Source: a virus (lineage: Duplodnaviria > Caudoviricetes). Taken from it: DNA of 46,448 nucleotides. The notes below the pieces were generated by a model. That model had not been told where the DNA came from, did no database searches, and worked only from the letters and a program-made list of their open reading frames with translations. Both the position numbers and the translations under genes were made by a program. Positions 7,382 to 16,918 of this stretch are shown here, in pieces. Position 1 is the first letter of the stretch; each line of letters opens with the position of its first letter. The stretch lies in the IMG/VR virus record IMGVR_UViG_3300010376_000054, positions 1 through 46,448 of that record; one strand, written 5' to 3'.

Positions 7382-8673
7382 TTTTCTAAGTACTCCTTGA
7401 TTATTTGTACGCTGTTTCTAATAGCGGATTTCTCGATCTCACCAGTTAACCTAGCGGATTCATACACATAACTATCTACGCTTCCATCTGTTTGCATCAG
7501 GTAGTAGTGGCATCCTTTGTGCGAACTGGATTTCCGTTCTGTCCTCCCCAAGGCTTGCTGTAATCCCCTTGCACTGAAGGGACAGGAATATATGATAGCA
7601 TACCGGCAATCTGCGAAATCGTTAAGTGAAGAACCAGACCCAACAGTCGCCACACAGACGTTATACTTTCCGGACTTCCACCCTTGACTATCAAATTCAT
7701 GCACACTAGATAGTGCTGTCGCTTTTTTTCCAATAGCATTAAGGAGAAGATCAACTGATCTCTGGAAAGCGCACCATATAACAATAGATTGTCCCGCATC
7801 ACACAACTCTGTGTATAGTTGTAATGTACGAGTGAGCTTAGATGATTGCACAAATGCAGGTAATCCTTCGCTATTAAGGATAAAGCCATCTGATATTTGC
7901 GACAGCTTTGTAATAAGTACCGCTGCATTCTTAACTTCAATTTCTCTATAGTAGTATTCATTCCTTAATTGTTCGAAAGCTTCTTCTTGTTCCCGGCTAG
8001 CATCTACTGTTACTCGTTGGAATTTCGATTGTTTATCTCCCTTTGGAAAATATATATCACAAACCTCTGCAAGTCTCGATTGTATAACTTGCAAACTTCC
8101 TTTCTTTGCGTAGTACTCAAATCCATACTCTTCAACTGCGAAGCAAAACTGTGACCGAAAGTCCGTAAGTGTTGCCGCAAGTCTTCGTCCAATCCCAACT
8201 GCTTTGCATTGCCCATATAAATCTTCAATGTTCCTAGCTGTAATTAAACTCCCCGATAGTCCTATTGTTGGATGATACTTAGTTAACTTCTCCGCGTTAG
8301 CAGAACGGATGGATTGTGGATTCTTGTATAACCATAACTCATCTAACACTATTAGTCCAATGTCGGTGCGTTGGGCTATCTTGTTGGCTAAGGCTAGTCC
8401 ACGATAACCACTCCCGGCACTTAACATACCGTAGGATAAAAACTCTACATAACAATCTTTCATCATTCCTAATGAATGCATCTCGTCCTGCCACTGACGA
8501 AAAGCTTGGGGAGAGCAGACTACCAGCAAAGTCTTCATCCCTTTGCTGCATAGCTTGCGCCAGATAGCTAGCGCAATCCGCGTCTTACCCTCCCCAACTT
8601 TCCACCAGACAACACCTCGCCCTTTGGCAAGTTTGTTAACTGCTTCTAGTTGTCTGTCGGTTAGCCAATTCAT
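7360..8673 (-). CDS. SNF2-like SF2 helicase
   Basis: GEGKT, IVLDEL, LSGS, DLYGQ, SSKL, VIWCAF, QALGRTER. Confidence 0.88.
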   Translation of the reverse strand: MNWLTDRQLEAVNKLAKGRGVVWWKVGEGKTRIALAIWRKLCSKGMKTLLVVCSPQAFRQWQDEMHSLGMMKDCYVEFLSYGMLSAGSGYRGLALANKIAQRTDIGLIVLDELWLYKNPQSIRSANAEKLTKYHPTIGLSGSLITARNIEDLYGQCKAVGIGRRLAATLTDFRSQFCFAVEEYGFEYYAKKGSLQVIQSRLAEVCDIYFPKGDKQSKFQRVTVDASREQEEAFEQLRNEYYYREIEVKNAAVLITKLSQISDGFILNSEGLPAFVQSSKLTRTLQLYTELCDAGQSIVIWCAFQRSVDLLLNAIGKKATALSSVHEFDSQGWKSGKYNVCVATVGSGSSLNDFADCRYAIIYSCPFSARGLQQALGRTERKSSSHKGCHYYLMQTDGSVDSYVYESARLTGEIEKSAIRNSVQIIKEYLEKCAQRKH

Positions 8674-9254
8674 TTAGCGTACATCGCTTCGCCATCTTTG
8701 AATTGTATAGCAGTTGTGTAATCCACTTTGCCACTTGTCTTGGCATCTTCATCCTGTGTCAGACAGTTCTTAGTAATCATGATCTCCGTTGGAGAAACCC
8801 ATCTACCAAGTGTAACTTTCTCTACCACTAACCCGATAGGAGTATGTGGATCTTCGCTTTGCTTATCATTAGTAATTTGATAGGTAGTATCAAACGGCAC
8901 ATTAACCCAACCATCATTTTTCAGTTCAGCACAGAATAACATTCCAGTTCTCCAAAGCTGATCTAACACAACTACATGCTTGGAATCTGGACTCCAGCTA
9001 ATAGTAATACTATCGCGAGATACGATGTTAGGATCGGAATCCCAACCGAATACAACGTTACCTTGTGCATCCAGTATCGTAAATCCTCTGACAGTCCATT
9101 TGCGATCAAAGGAAGCAGCTTCCGGCCAAGTACCAACGGTATCGGTAGGTTGAGGTTGTTTCATTTCTTGGTTATTCTGTTTCACATAACCCACAGGTGG
9201 ATTAGCGAATGCGCTACATGCTAGCGCAATTAATATTAGACTTGTTCTTTTCAT
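8670..9254 (-). CDS. Secreted protein with a Sec signal peptide; probable start MKRTSL at 9254
   Basis: MKRTSLILIALACSAFA signal; ISWSPDSKHVVV beta-propeller-like motif. Confidence 0.7.
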   Translation of the reverse strand: MKRTSLILIALACSAFANPPVGYVKQNNQEMKQPQPTDTVGTWPEAASFDRKWTVRGFTILDAQGNVVFGWDSDPNIVSRDSITISWSPDSKHVVVLDQLWRTGMLFCAELKNDGWVNVPFDTTYQITNDKQSEDPHTPIGLVVEKVTLGRWVSPTEIMITKNCLTQDEDAKTSGKVDYTTAIQFKDGEAMYAK

Positions 9255-9256
9255 AT

Positions 9257-9913
9257 TTATTTTCCAGCAGAGTGCGCCCAAAATCTAATGGTCACGGTTG
9301 GATTTCCAATAGTATAACCATAGATGTTGAAAGGCATTCCTAGTTGAGCGGCAGCAGCTTCACTGATCTCCCCGCTACCATTTGCAGGACCATTATCCAT
9401 TACTCTAGCCCAGATCGATACTCCGTTAATGTTATCGGTAACTAATGCCCAATCCCTTAAACCAACTCCAGCCGCAGCAGTATTACCATTTCTTACCACA
9501 AATGGATATAACGCTGCATCTACTCCGGTAGAGGTTCCCGGTTGCCATTTAGTATCCCATCCTCTCATGTTAGGATCACCGTCTGTATCTATCTTAGCAC
9601 GGGATACAACAATAATTGTTGCTGGTCCCAGCGGCACGCGAGGACCAACCAAACGAGGTGGAATTATAGCCATAAAACCATAGGTAGGTCGAGGTACACC
9701 TACAAAACCTCCGGCAAAACCTCCCCCTCCTTGTCTCAAACCCATAGCTGGATAGTAGACAGGAAAGCCCAAAAAGACCGGACTGTATCCTACTACAACG
9801 ATAGCAGGTAGGATTGTTGGTCCTCCCCCTCCATCATACATTACATAAGCAGAAGCACTGCTAACCATACTACCACACAACGCAGCAATATGTATTCCGT
9901 TTAACTTTTTCAT
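9257..9913 (-). CDS. GH75 chitosanase-like (double-psi beta-barrel) protein with a signal peptide
   Basis: IDTDG, DAALYPFVV, ARVMDNGP, GEISEAAAAQLG match GH75 motifs; N-terminal MKKL...ASA signal. Confidence 0.72.
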   Translation of the reverse strand: MKKLNGIHIAALCGSMVSSASAYVMYDGGGGPTILPAIVVVGYSPVFLGFPVYYPAMGLRQGGGGFAGGFVGVPRPTYGFMAIIPPRLVGPRVPLGPATIIVVSRAKIDTDGDPNMRGWDTKWQPGTSTGVDAALYPFVVRNGNTAAAGVGLRDWALVTDNINGVSIWARVMDNGPANGSGEISEAAAAQLGMPFNIYGYTIGNPTVTIRFWAHSAGK

Positions 9914-10749
9914 TTCAAGAGATCTGGTATTGGTTTGTCTGCTTCATCTTTTCTAGCATAGTATTCACTGAATCCACTTTCTTCTAACTCTGATTCTTCC
10001 TTGATTGTATATGCATCCGGTTCTAACATCCTATAGAGATCATCGAGGTTAGGATCGAAGTCTCGACGAATAGCATCACTAACCCAGTTGATCAGTAGTG
10101 TTTCGATCTGCGCTCCTGTTAACTCATACCTAGCTAGTCTGTCCCAATCGGCTCTACCTGTCGGCGCACGCTTAGGAAACTTAGCTTGCCACAGTTTAAC
10201 TCGAGTTAACTTTGTAGGAACACCAAAGTTAAATGTACCAATTAACCTACGCTCTAAAGCAAAGTCTAGAAACTCAGGTACGCTATTAGTACAAAGAACC
10301 ACCAGACCGGGATAAGTGCCAATACGACTAAGAAGAGCATTGATCGGTTCCAACATCCATAATGCCGTACTACCCAGTTTACGCCTGTCAACCAAACAAG
10401 TGTCACACTCGTCAATGAAAACCATCGAGTAATTTCCATTTGCATCCTGTACCTCCGCTTTATCAAACTCACTATTAACGTTCTTTTGTAACTCTCCCGG
10501 TTCTCCTGAACCGATTAAACTGTAATCCACTTCCTGCAATTGCAATCGAAGTTTCCTAGCTAACCATCGAGCAGTAATGGTTTTACCTGTCCCCGGTGGA
10601 CCTTGAAATAATAAAGCTGCGCCTTGCTCGCGCAACCTATCCATTCCCCACTGCTTCCACTTAGTCTTATTAGAAAACATAACAACCGCACTAAGGATAC
10701 TATCCATTAGCGCGTCGTCTAATATAGGTGCTATTGCTCTCTTTCGCAT
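9910..10749 (-). CDS. Classical-clade AAA+ ATPase
   Basis: GPPGTGKT, VFIDECD, CTN, LDFALERR. Confidence 0.9.
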   Translation of the reverse strand: MRKRAIAPILDDALMDSILSAVVMFSNKTKWKQWGMDRLREQGAALLFQGPPGTGKTITARWLARKLRLQLQEVDYSLIGSGEPGELQKNVNSEFDKAEVQDANGNYSMVFIDECDTCLVDRRKLGSTALWMLEPINALLSRIGTYPGLVVLCTNSVPEFLDFALERRLIGTFNFGVPTKLTRVKLWQAKFPKRAPTGRADWDRLARYELTGAQIETLLINWVSDAIRRDFDPNLDDLYRMLEPDAYTIKEESELEESGFSEYYARKDEADKPIPDLLK

Positions 10750-10767
10750 AGTATTAACATACTACTA

Positions 10768-10796
10768 ACACTAGCACAAAATGTAGTACATGTCAA
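10768..10796 (-). promoter_or_regulatory. Sigma70-type promoter for the replication module
   Basis: TTGACA (10796-10791), 17-nt spacer, TGc-TAGTGT extended -10 (10773-10768), just upstream of the ATG at 10749. Confidence 0.8.
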
Positions 10797-10826
10797 CAAC
10801 AAATTGTTAGCGAAGGTCGCTAACAA
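10795..10826 (-). terminator. Intrinsic terminator-like hairpin ending the structural operon
   Basis: TTGTTAGCGA-CCT-TCGCTAACAA perfect 10-bp stem followed by TTTGTTGTT; further inverted repeats at 10834-10880 and 10885-10899. Confidence 0.65.
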
Positions 10827-10906
10827 ACTAACACTCCCGATGGGCTAGGAAAAACGGAGAAACCCTTACCCAATCGGGAGGTTGCTATCCGGGGGATAGG
10901 CAATTG

Positions 10907-11674
10907 TTAGCTTAGTGTAGCTTTCGCTCCTGCAATTCTTTTAGGTTGAGCTAGTATATTTCTCGGAGCATTTAGACTGATCTGTCCAGCTTGTGTACCC
11001 GCTCCCGAGACTACTAACTGGTTTAAATCCAGGTTGCTCTTGTCAACCGTAATAGCTAATACATGTTGTCCAGTTGCTAACGCGAAGGTTCCCGGTATAA
11101 CAAATGATACCCACTCCCCGGGAGTATCCCAGTTAGCAGTAGTAGGTGGAACAGTGAAAGTAGAATACTGAGTACCATCAATCCCCAGATGTGCTTGTCC
11201 TCCGCCTCCGTCTGTACCACACCGCAATACAAAAGTAAAGTTTCCAGCAGTAACAACATTAACAGTAAACTCAATCCATGCTCCTGCAACTCCATATCCT
11301 ACTACCCAAGGGTTAGAACTAAATCCGGCTGCTGTATCTGTATTAGCTTTCAGTGTACCAAAGAAATCCGAACGGTAACCTGATGCTGCGGTAAAGCCGG
11401 GATTCTGTGGAAAGTTCCAGCTTACTCCCGGTCCCCCCAAATCGTAAGCAGAGCAGATAATATTAGCAGGAATGTTAGGAGGAGCACCACCGCTAAACGG
11501 ACCTTGGTATCCATAGTTAGCACTATTAGATGTTCCATTGCCTGTTACTACTGTTACTGCTACAGTACCTCCAGCATGGGCAGGAGCCTTTACCTGTAGC
11601 TGCGTACTGGAAACAACTGTTATGTTACCAGAAGCTACAGGAGTTGAACCAAAGAACACATTTTGTACAGGCAT
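10907..11674 (-). CDS. C-terminal half of an IPT/TIG domain, a CBM6-like module and a C-terminal strand tag (distal part of the GH10-like gene)
   Basis: VFFGSTP...VVSSTQLQVKAPAHAGGTVAVTVVT (IPT); YDLGGPGV...YRSD...VGYGVAGAWIEFTVNVVTAGNF (CBM6-like). Confidence 0.8.
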   Translation of the reverse strand: MPVQNVFFGSTPVASGNITVVSSTQLQVKAPAHAGGTVAVTVVTGNGTSNSANYGYQGPFSGGAPPNIPANIICSAYDLGGPGVSWNFPQNPGFTAASGYRSDFFGTLKANTDTAAGFSSNPWVVGYGVAGAWIEFTVNVVTAGNFTFVLRCGTDGGGGQAHLGIDGTQYSTFTVPPTTANWDTPGEWVSFVIPGTFALATGQHVLAITVDKSNLDLNQLVVSGAGTQAGQISLNAPRNILAQPKRIAGAKATLS

Positions 11675-11684
11675 AGTTTTAACA

Positions 11685-12848
11685 TCAGTTAAAGTTAGCA
11701 CCAACTATGTTAATAGTTTCACCTCCAGCTACCTTGCCTTGAGTTGGAGAGATAGATGAAATTGTTGGAGCAGGGGAACCACCTCCTCCACTAGCAGGAG
11801 CAAGAAAACTAGATTTATTAGCAACAAACCATGCAAAGAAAGGCTGCTGTTGATTAGGAGTAACACTATCGTTAATAGTACAACTGTCTCCATAGTTAGA
11901 TGAAATTCCACCAACGGCAGATGCTTTTAACCACCAAGGACCATTAATTCCAAATCCATTTGCCGCACCTTGGAAAATACTAATATAGCGTTGCCATGTT
12001 GCCAATACACTTTGAACCCCATTAAAAGCTACGGCTGCTCCACCTGAGTATGATCCACTGCTACTGGCAGGACTAAACTCAGTTAAGTGATATTCCGCGT
12101 TGGGACACAGTGAATGCCACGAATTTAAACCCGCTTGAACAGTAGCAGTAGGAGTTGAATCTAATTGATAACCTTCCTCCCCTATCCAATCTAAAAGTCC
12201 GGCGTTATAGAGAGCACTTCCTAAACTTTGAGATTGAGAAACTACATTATGATAACTGCCGGGAAAACCTACATTGCATAGCGTACCCCAATCATTAAAT
12301 CCTATCTTGAAGTTAGGACTAAGATTGTTCCTGGCAGTAGTATGTATCTGTACCATTGCAGAATTAATCTGAGCCTGAGAAGGACTAGTAGTTCTAGTTA
12401 TAGCATTAAGAAAAGGCCATTGACCTCCGGTAGCTCCAATGGATCGACTAAAAATTTCATTAACAGTATTAACATAAATTGTTACAGAGGCAGGAGTCCG
12501 AGCTTTCATAGCTTGACAAGCATTAGCCCATCCATTCAAAGCAGCAGACGCAGATAAACCTGTGTACCAATAATTTGCCGAAGGACCACCTATCCCATCC
12601 CAGTAAATCCGATGTGAGCCGTTAGGAATACCATTAGCCCAAGCAACATAAGCATCATAGTTAGTCCAGTTAAATGTATTATCACCCGTTTGTTCGTATA
12701 CGTTACAATCATCATATTCAGATGTTACTAGATTGTACGCTTGATTAGCTTGCCAACTACCTTGAGCCGTAGAAATTACTGCACTAGGTTTGGTTCCAAA
12801 CTGATTGTTACAAGTGAAACCTAACCATGCTATTTTACCATTTGTCAT
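11685..12848 (-). CDS. GH10-like (clan A TIM-barrel) glycoside hydrolase plus the N-terminal half of an IPT/TIG domain
   Basis: FNWTNYDAYVAWA, TVNE (acid/base), IGFNDW, DWIG, HLTEF (nucleophile); ends APTISSISPTQGKVAGGETINIVGANF. Confidence 0.75.
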   Translation of the reverse strand: MTNGKIAWLGFTCNNQFGTKPSAVISTAQGSWQANQAYNLVTSEYDDCNVYEQTGDNTFNWTNYDAYVAWANGIPNGSHRIYWDGIGGPSANYWYTGLSASAALNGWANACQAMKARTPASVTIYVNTVNEIFSRSIGATGGQWPFLNAITRTTSPSQAQINSAMVQIHTTARNNLSPNFKIGFNDWGTLCNVGFPGSYHNVVSQSQSLGSALYNAGLLDWIGEEGYQLDSTPTATVQAGLNSWHSLCPNAEYHLTEFSPASSSGSYSGGAAVAFNGVQSVLATWQRYISIFQGAANGFGINGPWWLKASAVGGISSNYGDSCTINDSVTPNQQQPFFAWFVANKSSFLAPASGGGGSPAPTISSISPTQGKVAGGETINIVGANFN

Positions 12849-15800
12849 AAGCCGGGAGATACCGTACTTTGTTTAGTTGTTACAGTAGAAGTTACTCCAC
12901 CAAAGAAGCTGGATATAGCATAAGCTGGATCAGTATCAAACCCACTTAATATATCAACCGCAAGTGGGACTGCCGAGTTACCACTAAAATTAACAGATGT
13001 TAAACTCTGGATTCCATCATTAGCTAAACAATTCACTTTAGCATTGACTGCTATCCTACTTCCTAACGTAGTATTCAATCCAGCTTGTGCCATGATCTTA
13101 TTAAATCCAGTGCCTCCCAAGGAAGCACGGGAAGCTATCGAAAGAGTCTCACCGATCTTATTCTTTTCCTGTGGTGTAGAACTAAGACTAGGCTGTAGTG
13201 TCGTGATACCTTTAACAATAACTCTCGCCGCTAATGTTAGACTAACTCCAGCTTGAACTCTAACAGTTGGTTGCCGTTGGATCGCGCCTCTAGTTAGAAT
13301 ACCAAGGATACCGTTCGGTACACAAGCACTGTAATGAATAACCTTAGCGCTTCCCACTAACTGCGATTGTGAAGTAAGATGGGCAGGGGATGGAGTAAAA
13401 GATCTGAATCCACTTCCTGTAAATTGTGCTAGCGTCTGAATTACAGTAGAAGTATCTCGCAACGCTCGACTAGTTTCTGTTGTCGCAAAACGAGCATTGA
13501 TAACACAACTGGTAAATCTAGCCGAACCAATTGATGCCGCCAAACCAGACCTAATACCTATCGAAACAATCCCATGTTGATTAGTACCAGTAATAACTAA
13601 GGTTGTAGTTGACCGAGCTTGAATGTTTACTATTGCTGATATGATACTATTAGCATTGGGTATAACAAATAATTGCGGGAAAACTGAAACGGCAGTTCGA
13701 TTTGCTACTCTTTGATTAGGAGTTAGGCTAACAAACCTGTTTAGTATAGCTACAGTAGTTAAACCCAACTTAAATGCACTTGCTGTTACAAATCCACGAA
13801 TCGCCAAACTACAAGGAGTAGTATAAGTAGCTGTTAATTTAACATTAGTTACCGTAGCTTTCCCTGCAAAACTGGATTGAAGTTGTTTTACAATTCTACC
13901 GGCAATAGTTAAAGAAATTCCTGAATTTATCGGAGTAATAGCAGGAGCAGTAGTTCGCAAACTGTTATTCAACACTCCTGATAATCCAGTTGCTATTACT
14001 GTCCTGACGCTCCATCTGACACTATCTGTAGGAACTACAATATGAAGCAGTCCAATACTACCAGCAGCTATTACAACACTAGCCGGAACAACATTAGCTG
14101 TTGCAAGTACCGTACCTTTGGTACTAATAGAAACAGTATTAGAAACAATCTTTACTGTTCCTGTTGCTTTTAATCTAACATAACTAACAACTGGACAAAC
14201 CGTGTGTCCATCCTGTTTTAACCCTGCGTCTATATTAGTTTTAGCAATTAAAAATCGACCGGCATTTGCTACCAATGTTATCTTGGATTGAATGTTTCCA
14301 AAAGCAGTTGGTATTCGTCCTGCATTGATATGACAGATAGACGATCTACTAATAAATGAAGCACTGATTAACAGGTTAGTGTTTGCCCGAATGTTACAAG
14401 CTGGAAATCCAGCTTTAATCTGGAAAGGAAATGGAACGATTTGAGTCCCTGAATTGATAGTCAGTGGAACTTGAGCATGATTAAAGGCATTAGCTAAAAT
14501 CGTTATAGCTCCACGCAAAGTAGTAATTGAGATTAATCCGGCGGAAATCCGAACCTGTCCAACCCACTTCATGATTGGTCGAGCAGTTAAGCTGGAACCA
14601 ACCATTATAATATCTTTGATAGTGGGAACTCTACCCGCATTAATAACAGTATTTAATCTCTTTAATACCGTTGAGTTAATGCTTCCAGTTAACCTAGACT
14701 GGACTGTTAACTGAGATTGAGCAGAAGCTTTAATACCATTGGCAACTAATGAGGCTTTTCCAAATATAGTGTCAGGAGTTCTAGTTAGCAGAGTACCAGA
14801 TGTAATAGATAATCGACCTATATTGTAAAGAATAAAAGCTTGAGGCAAATCTATAACTTTTGCATTAGCAACTATACCGATACTACTGGTAATATTACTT
14901 TGTGGAACACTAACATTTACCTTAGTTCCGTTAGCTATAACTGAAGCTATTCCAAATATGTGAACAACGTTGTTAGATTGATTCCTGCTATTAGCTGTTA
15001 TTGATCCTGTAACTCCTAGTATAGACAATACTCCACGCCACAAAACCATATCAGTTTCAACACTAGCAGAACGAGACGCAATTGAATCAATAGCATTATG
15101 TAAGACAGGAGCAGGAATATTAACTTGAGTTAAACTAGGAGTAAGAGTAATAGTCGCTTTATGAGTAACAACTGCGGTAACAGTTAGAGTAGCCCTAGTG
15201 TTTGTAATTGAAGTACTGGCATTAGCTTGGTTACGCGCAGTGAAAACTCCCGTTGCCCTACCCGATACTTGTTCAAAAGAAAATAACCATGCTATGGCTC
15301 TTATAGCATCAGATGTTATTCTATTAACTCTACTGGTAGCTGTAACAGACCTACCCGCACTAATACTAACCTGTAAAGGTTGAAAGTAAAATCCAGTTAC
15401 TAAAGCACTGGAAGCAGGAGCAATGTTGTCTTTAGCTGATAAGGCAAAATCAACTAGAAACAATATCCACTGGGAACTGCTATCAATAACAGGAGCATAA
15501 GCCTGAGAAGCAGTTGAAGAAAGGTAACGGTCTTCTAGGAGAAATCCTCTACCGGGATCAAAGATCCTATTTATAAAATTGTTTCCATAAGGTTGAAGCG
15601 CCGTGGTAGTCATTCCAACTGCTAATATATATCCACCTGCTTTTGCAGTTGTCAGAGTTACAGTTGGTGAAGTACTATTTCCCGAACCAGAGTTAGAAGA
15701 GTCTACTAAAGTAAATCCAGTTGGGCTACCGTTAATCTCCATCCAGTTAAAACTAGGAGAGTTTGGTGCGACTCCCCATGTAATAGTAAGAGTATTAGCA

Positions 15801-16726
15801 CCTACTGAACTATTTGCTATATTCGATCTAAAAAATAGAGCGCACCAGATACCATCGGACGCTCCTATTACCGAAGTTAAAGGTATTATTTGAGTATAAG
15901 CTCCATTGACCGAATCAGAAACTCCAGTCAAAGTTATGTTAGATGCGGTAGTGCTTTGATAACCTGTTACAGCACAGACTAAAGTATTACCGACACTTTG
16001 AAACTTTGCATTAACTCCGGTCGAGCCTCCTCCTACATGGGTAGCCTGTACTAAAACTGGACGAGTAGGAAAGGTAGTTGGTCCCTTAGCAATGGATATA
16101 GACGAAACCATCCAGTTATCATTAGTAGCCGATACTGTAGCACTATGAGTAGTAGAACTAGCACTAGTTTTAATAGTGTAGACACTAGCCTTTTTATTGG
16201 TACTGGATATACCACTACTAATACCTGTACCGGATACTGCTGTGCCTCCGGTAACAGAAGATACTCCACCACTACCTGTGGTAATAAAACTAATGATTAA
16301 GGCATTAGCCGATACATTAGTAACAGACTTGGTTGCTGAAGTAGAAGTCCCGGTCGATACACTACCAGCAACATCTGGGACACTCGGTCCTAACCAACCA
16401 GTATCGCTACTATATTCTTCAACGAAAACAGTATAAGTAGTTTGAGTAGTATAAAAGTTAACTGTTACTGTGTTAGTATTAGATCCCATTCCTTTGCAGC
16501 TAAGGCAAACAAAGATAACACATTCGCCTCCTGCCGCAGTACCATGACTGGTAAGAGGGGACCAGATACCATACTCATTCTGAGCAGTATCAGTTACCCA
16601 TACTTTATCATTCTGAGTTAAACCCCATACCTTCACAATAAGCAAATCACCTTCAGTCTGTCCCCAACCCAGAAGACCAGTTGAAGTATTCTCAAACGCT
16701 CTAGCATTGACAAATGCTATTGCCAT
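12845..16726 (-). CDS. Long fibre scaffold protein: two beta-sandwich domains followed by ~40 degenerate ~20-aa repeats
   Basis: Residues ~1-213 and ~222-428 resemble each other and ORF 16915..17649; the rest is periodic, e.g. NQHGIVSIGIRSGLAASIGS / ARFTSCVINARFATTETSRA / QRQPTVRVQAGVSLTLAARV. Confidence 0.75.
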   Translation of the reverse strand: MAIAFVNARAFENTSTGLLGWGQTEGDLLIVKVWGLTQNDKVWVTDTAQNEYGIWSPLTSHGTAAGGECVIFVCLSCKGMGSNTNTVTVNFYTTQTTYTVFVEEYSSDTGWLGPSVPDVAGSVSTGTSTSATKSVTNVSANALIISFITTGSGGVSSVTGGTAVSGTGISSGISSTNKKASVYTIKTSASSTTHSATVSATNDNWMVSSISIAKGPTTFPTRPVLVQATHVGGGSTGVNAKFQSVGNTLVCAVTGYQSTTASNITLTGVSDSVNGAYTQIIPLTSVIGASDGIWCALFFRSNIANSSVGANTLTITWGVAPNSPSFNWMEINGSPTGFTLVDSSNSGSGNSTSPTVTLTTAKAGGYILAVGMTTTALQPYGNNFINRIFDPGRGFLLEDRYLSSTASQAYAPVIDSSSQWILFLVDFALSAKDNIAPASSALVTGFYFQPLQVSISAGRSVTATSRVNRITSDAIRAIAWLFSFEQVSGRATGVFTARNQANASTSITNTRATLTVTAVVTHKATITLTPSLTQVNIPAPVLHNAIDSIASRSASVETDMVLWRGVLSILGVTGSITANSRNQSNNVVHIFGIASVIANGTKVNVSVPQSNITSSIGIVANAKVIDLPQAFILYNIGRLSITSGTLLTRTPDTIFGKASLVANGIKASAQSQLTVQSRLTGSINSTVLKRLNTVINAGRVPTIKDIIMVGSSLTARPIMKWVGQVRISAGLISITTLRGAITILANAFNHAQVPLTINSGTQIVPFPFQIKAGFPACNIRANTNLLISASFISRSSICHINAGRIPTAFGNIQSKITLVANAGRFLIAKTNIDAGLKQDGHTVCPVVSYVRLKATGTVKIVSNTVSISTKGTVLATANVVPASVVIAAGSIGLLHIVVPTDSVRWSVRTVIATGLSGVLNNSLRTTAPAITPINSGISLTIAGRIVKQLQSSFAGKATVTNVKLTATYTTPCSLAIRGFVTASAFKLGLTTVAILNRFVSLTPNQRVANRTAVSVFPQLFVIPNANSIISAIVNIQARSTTTLVITGTNQHGIVSIGIRSGLAASIGSARFTSCVINARFATTETSRALRDTSTVIQTLAQFTGSGFRSFTPSPAHLTSQSQLVGSAKVIHYSACVPNGILGILTRGAIQRQPTVRVQAGVSLTLAARVIVKGITTLQPSLSSTPQEKNKIGETLSIASRASLGGTGFNKIMAQAGLNTTLGSRIAVNAKVNCLANDGIQSLTSVNFSGNSAVPLAVDILSGFDTDPAYAISSFFGGVTSTVTTKQSTVSPGL

Positions 16727-16918
16727 TTAATGTTTGCCTATTAAACCCGCAGTGATCTTGACACTGGCAATAGTTCGCCCTAATCCAATCTTAATAGCGA
16801 CCTGTCCCAGAATTGGATTATGAGTTGGAGCTACAACATCAGGATCTCCTAATCCAGCTTTAATATAGACTGCTATGCGATTAGGGATGTTAGAGATATT
16901 TGGATTTGCAACGATCAT
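16727..16918 (-). CDS. Small protein made of fibre-type strand repeats (63 aa)
   Basis: ATGA overlap upstream and abuts the next ATG; IAVYIKAGL, GQVAIKIGL and ASVKITAGL resemble the scaffold repeats. Confidence 0.6.
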   Translation of the reverse strand: MIVANPNISNIPNRIAVYIKAGLGDPDVVAPTHNPILGQVAIKIGLGRTIASVKITAGLIGKH

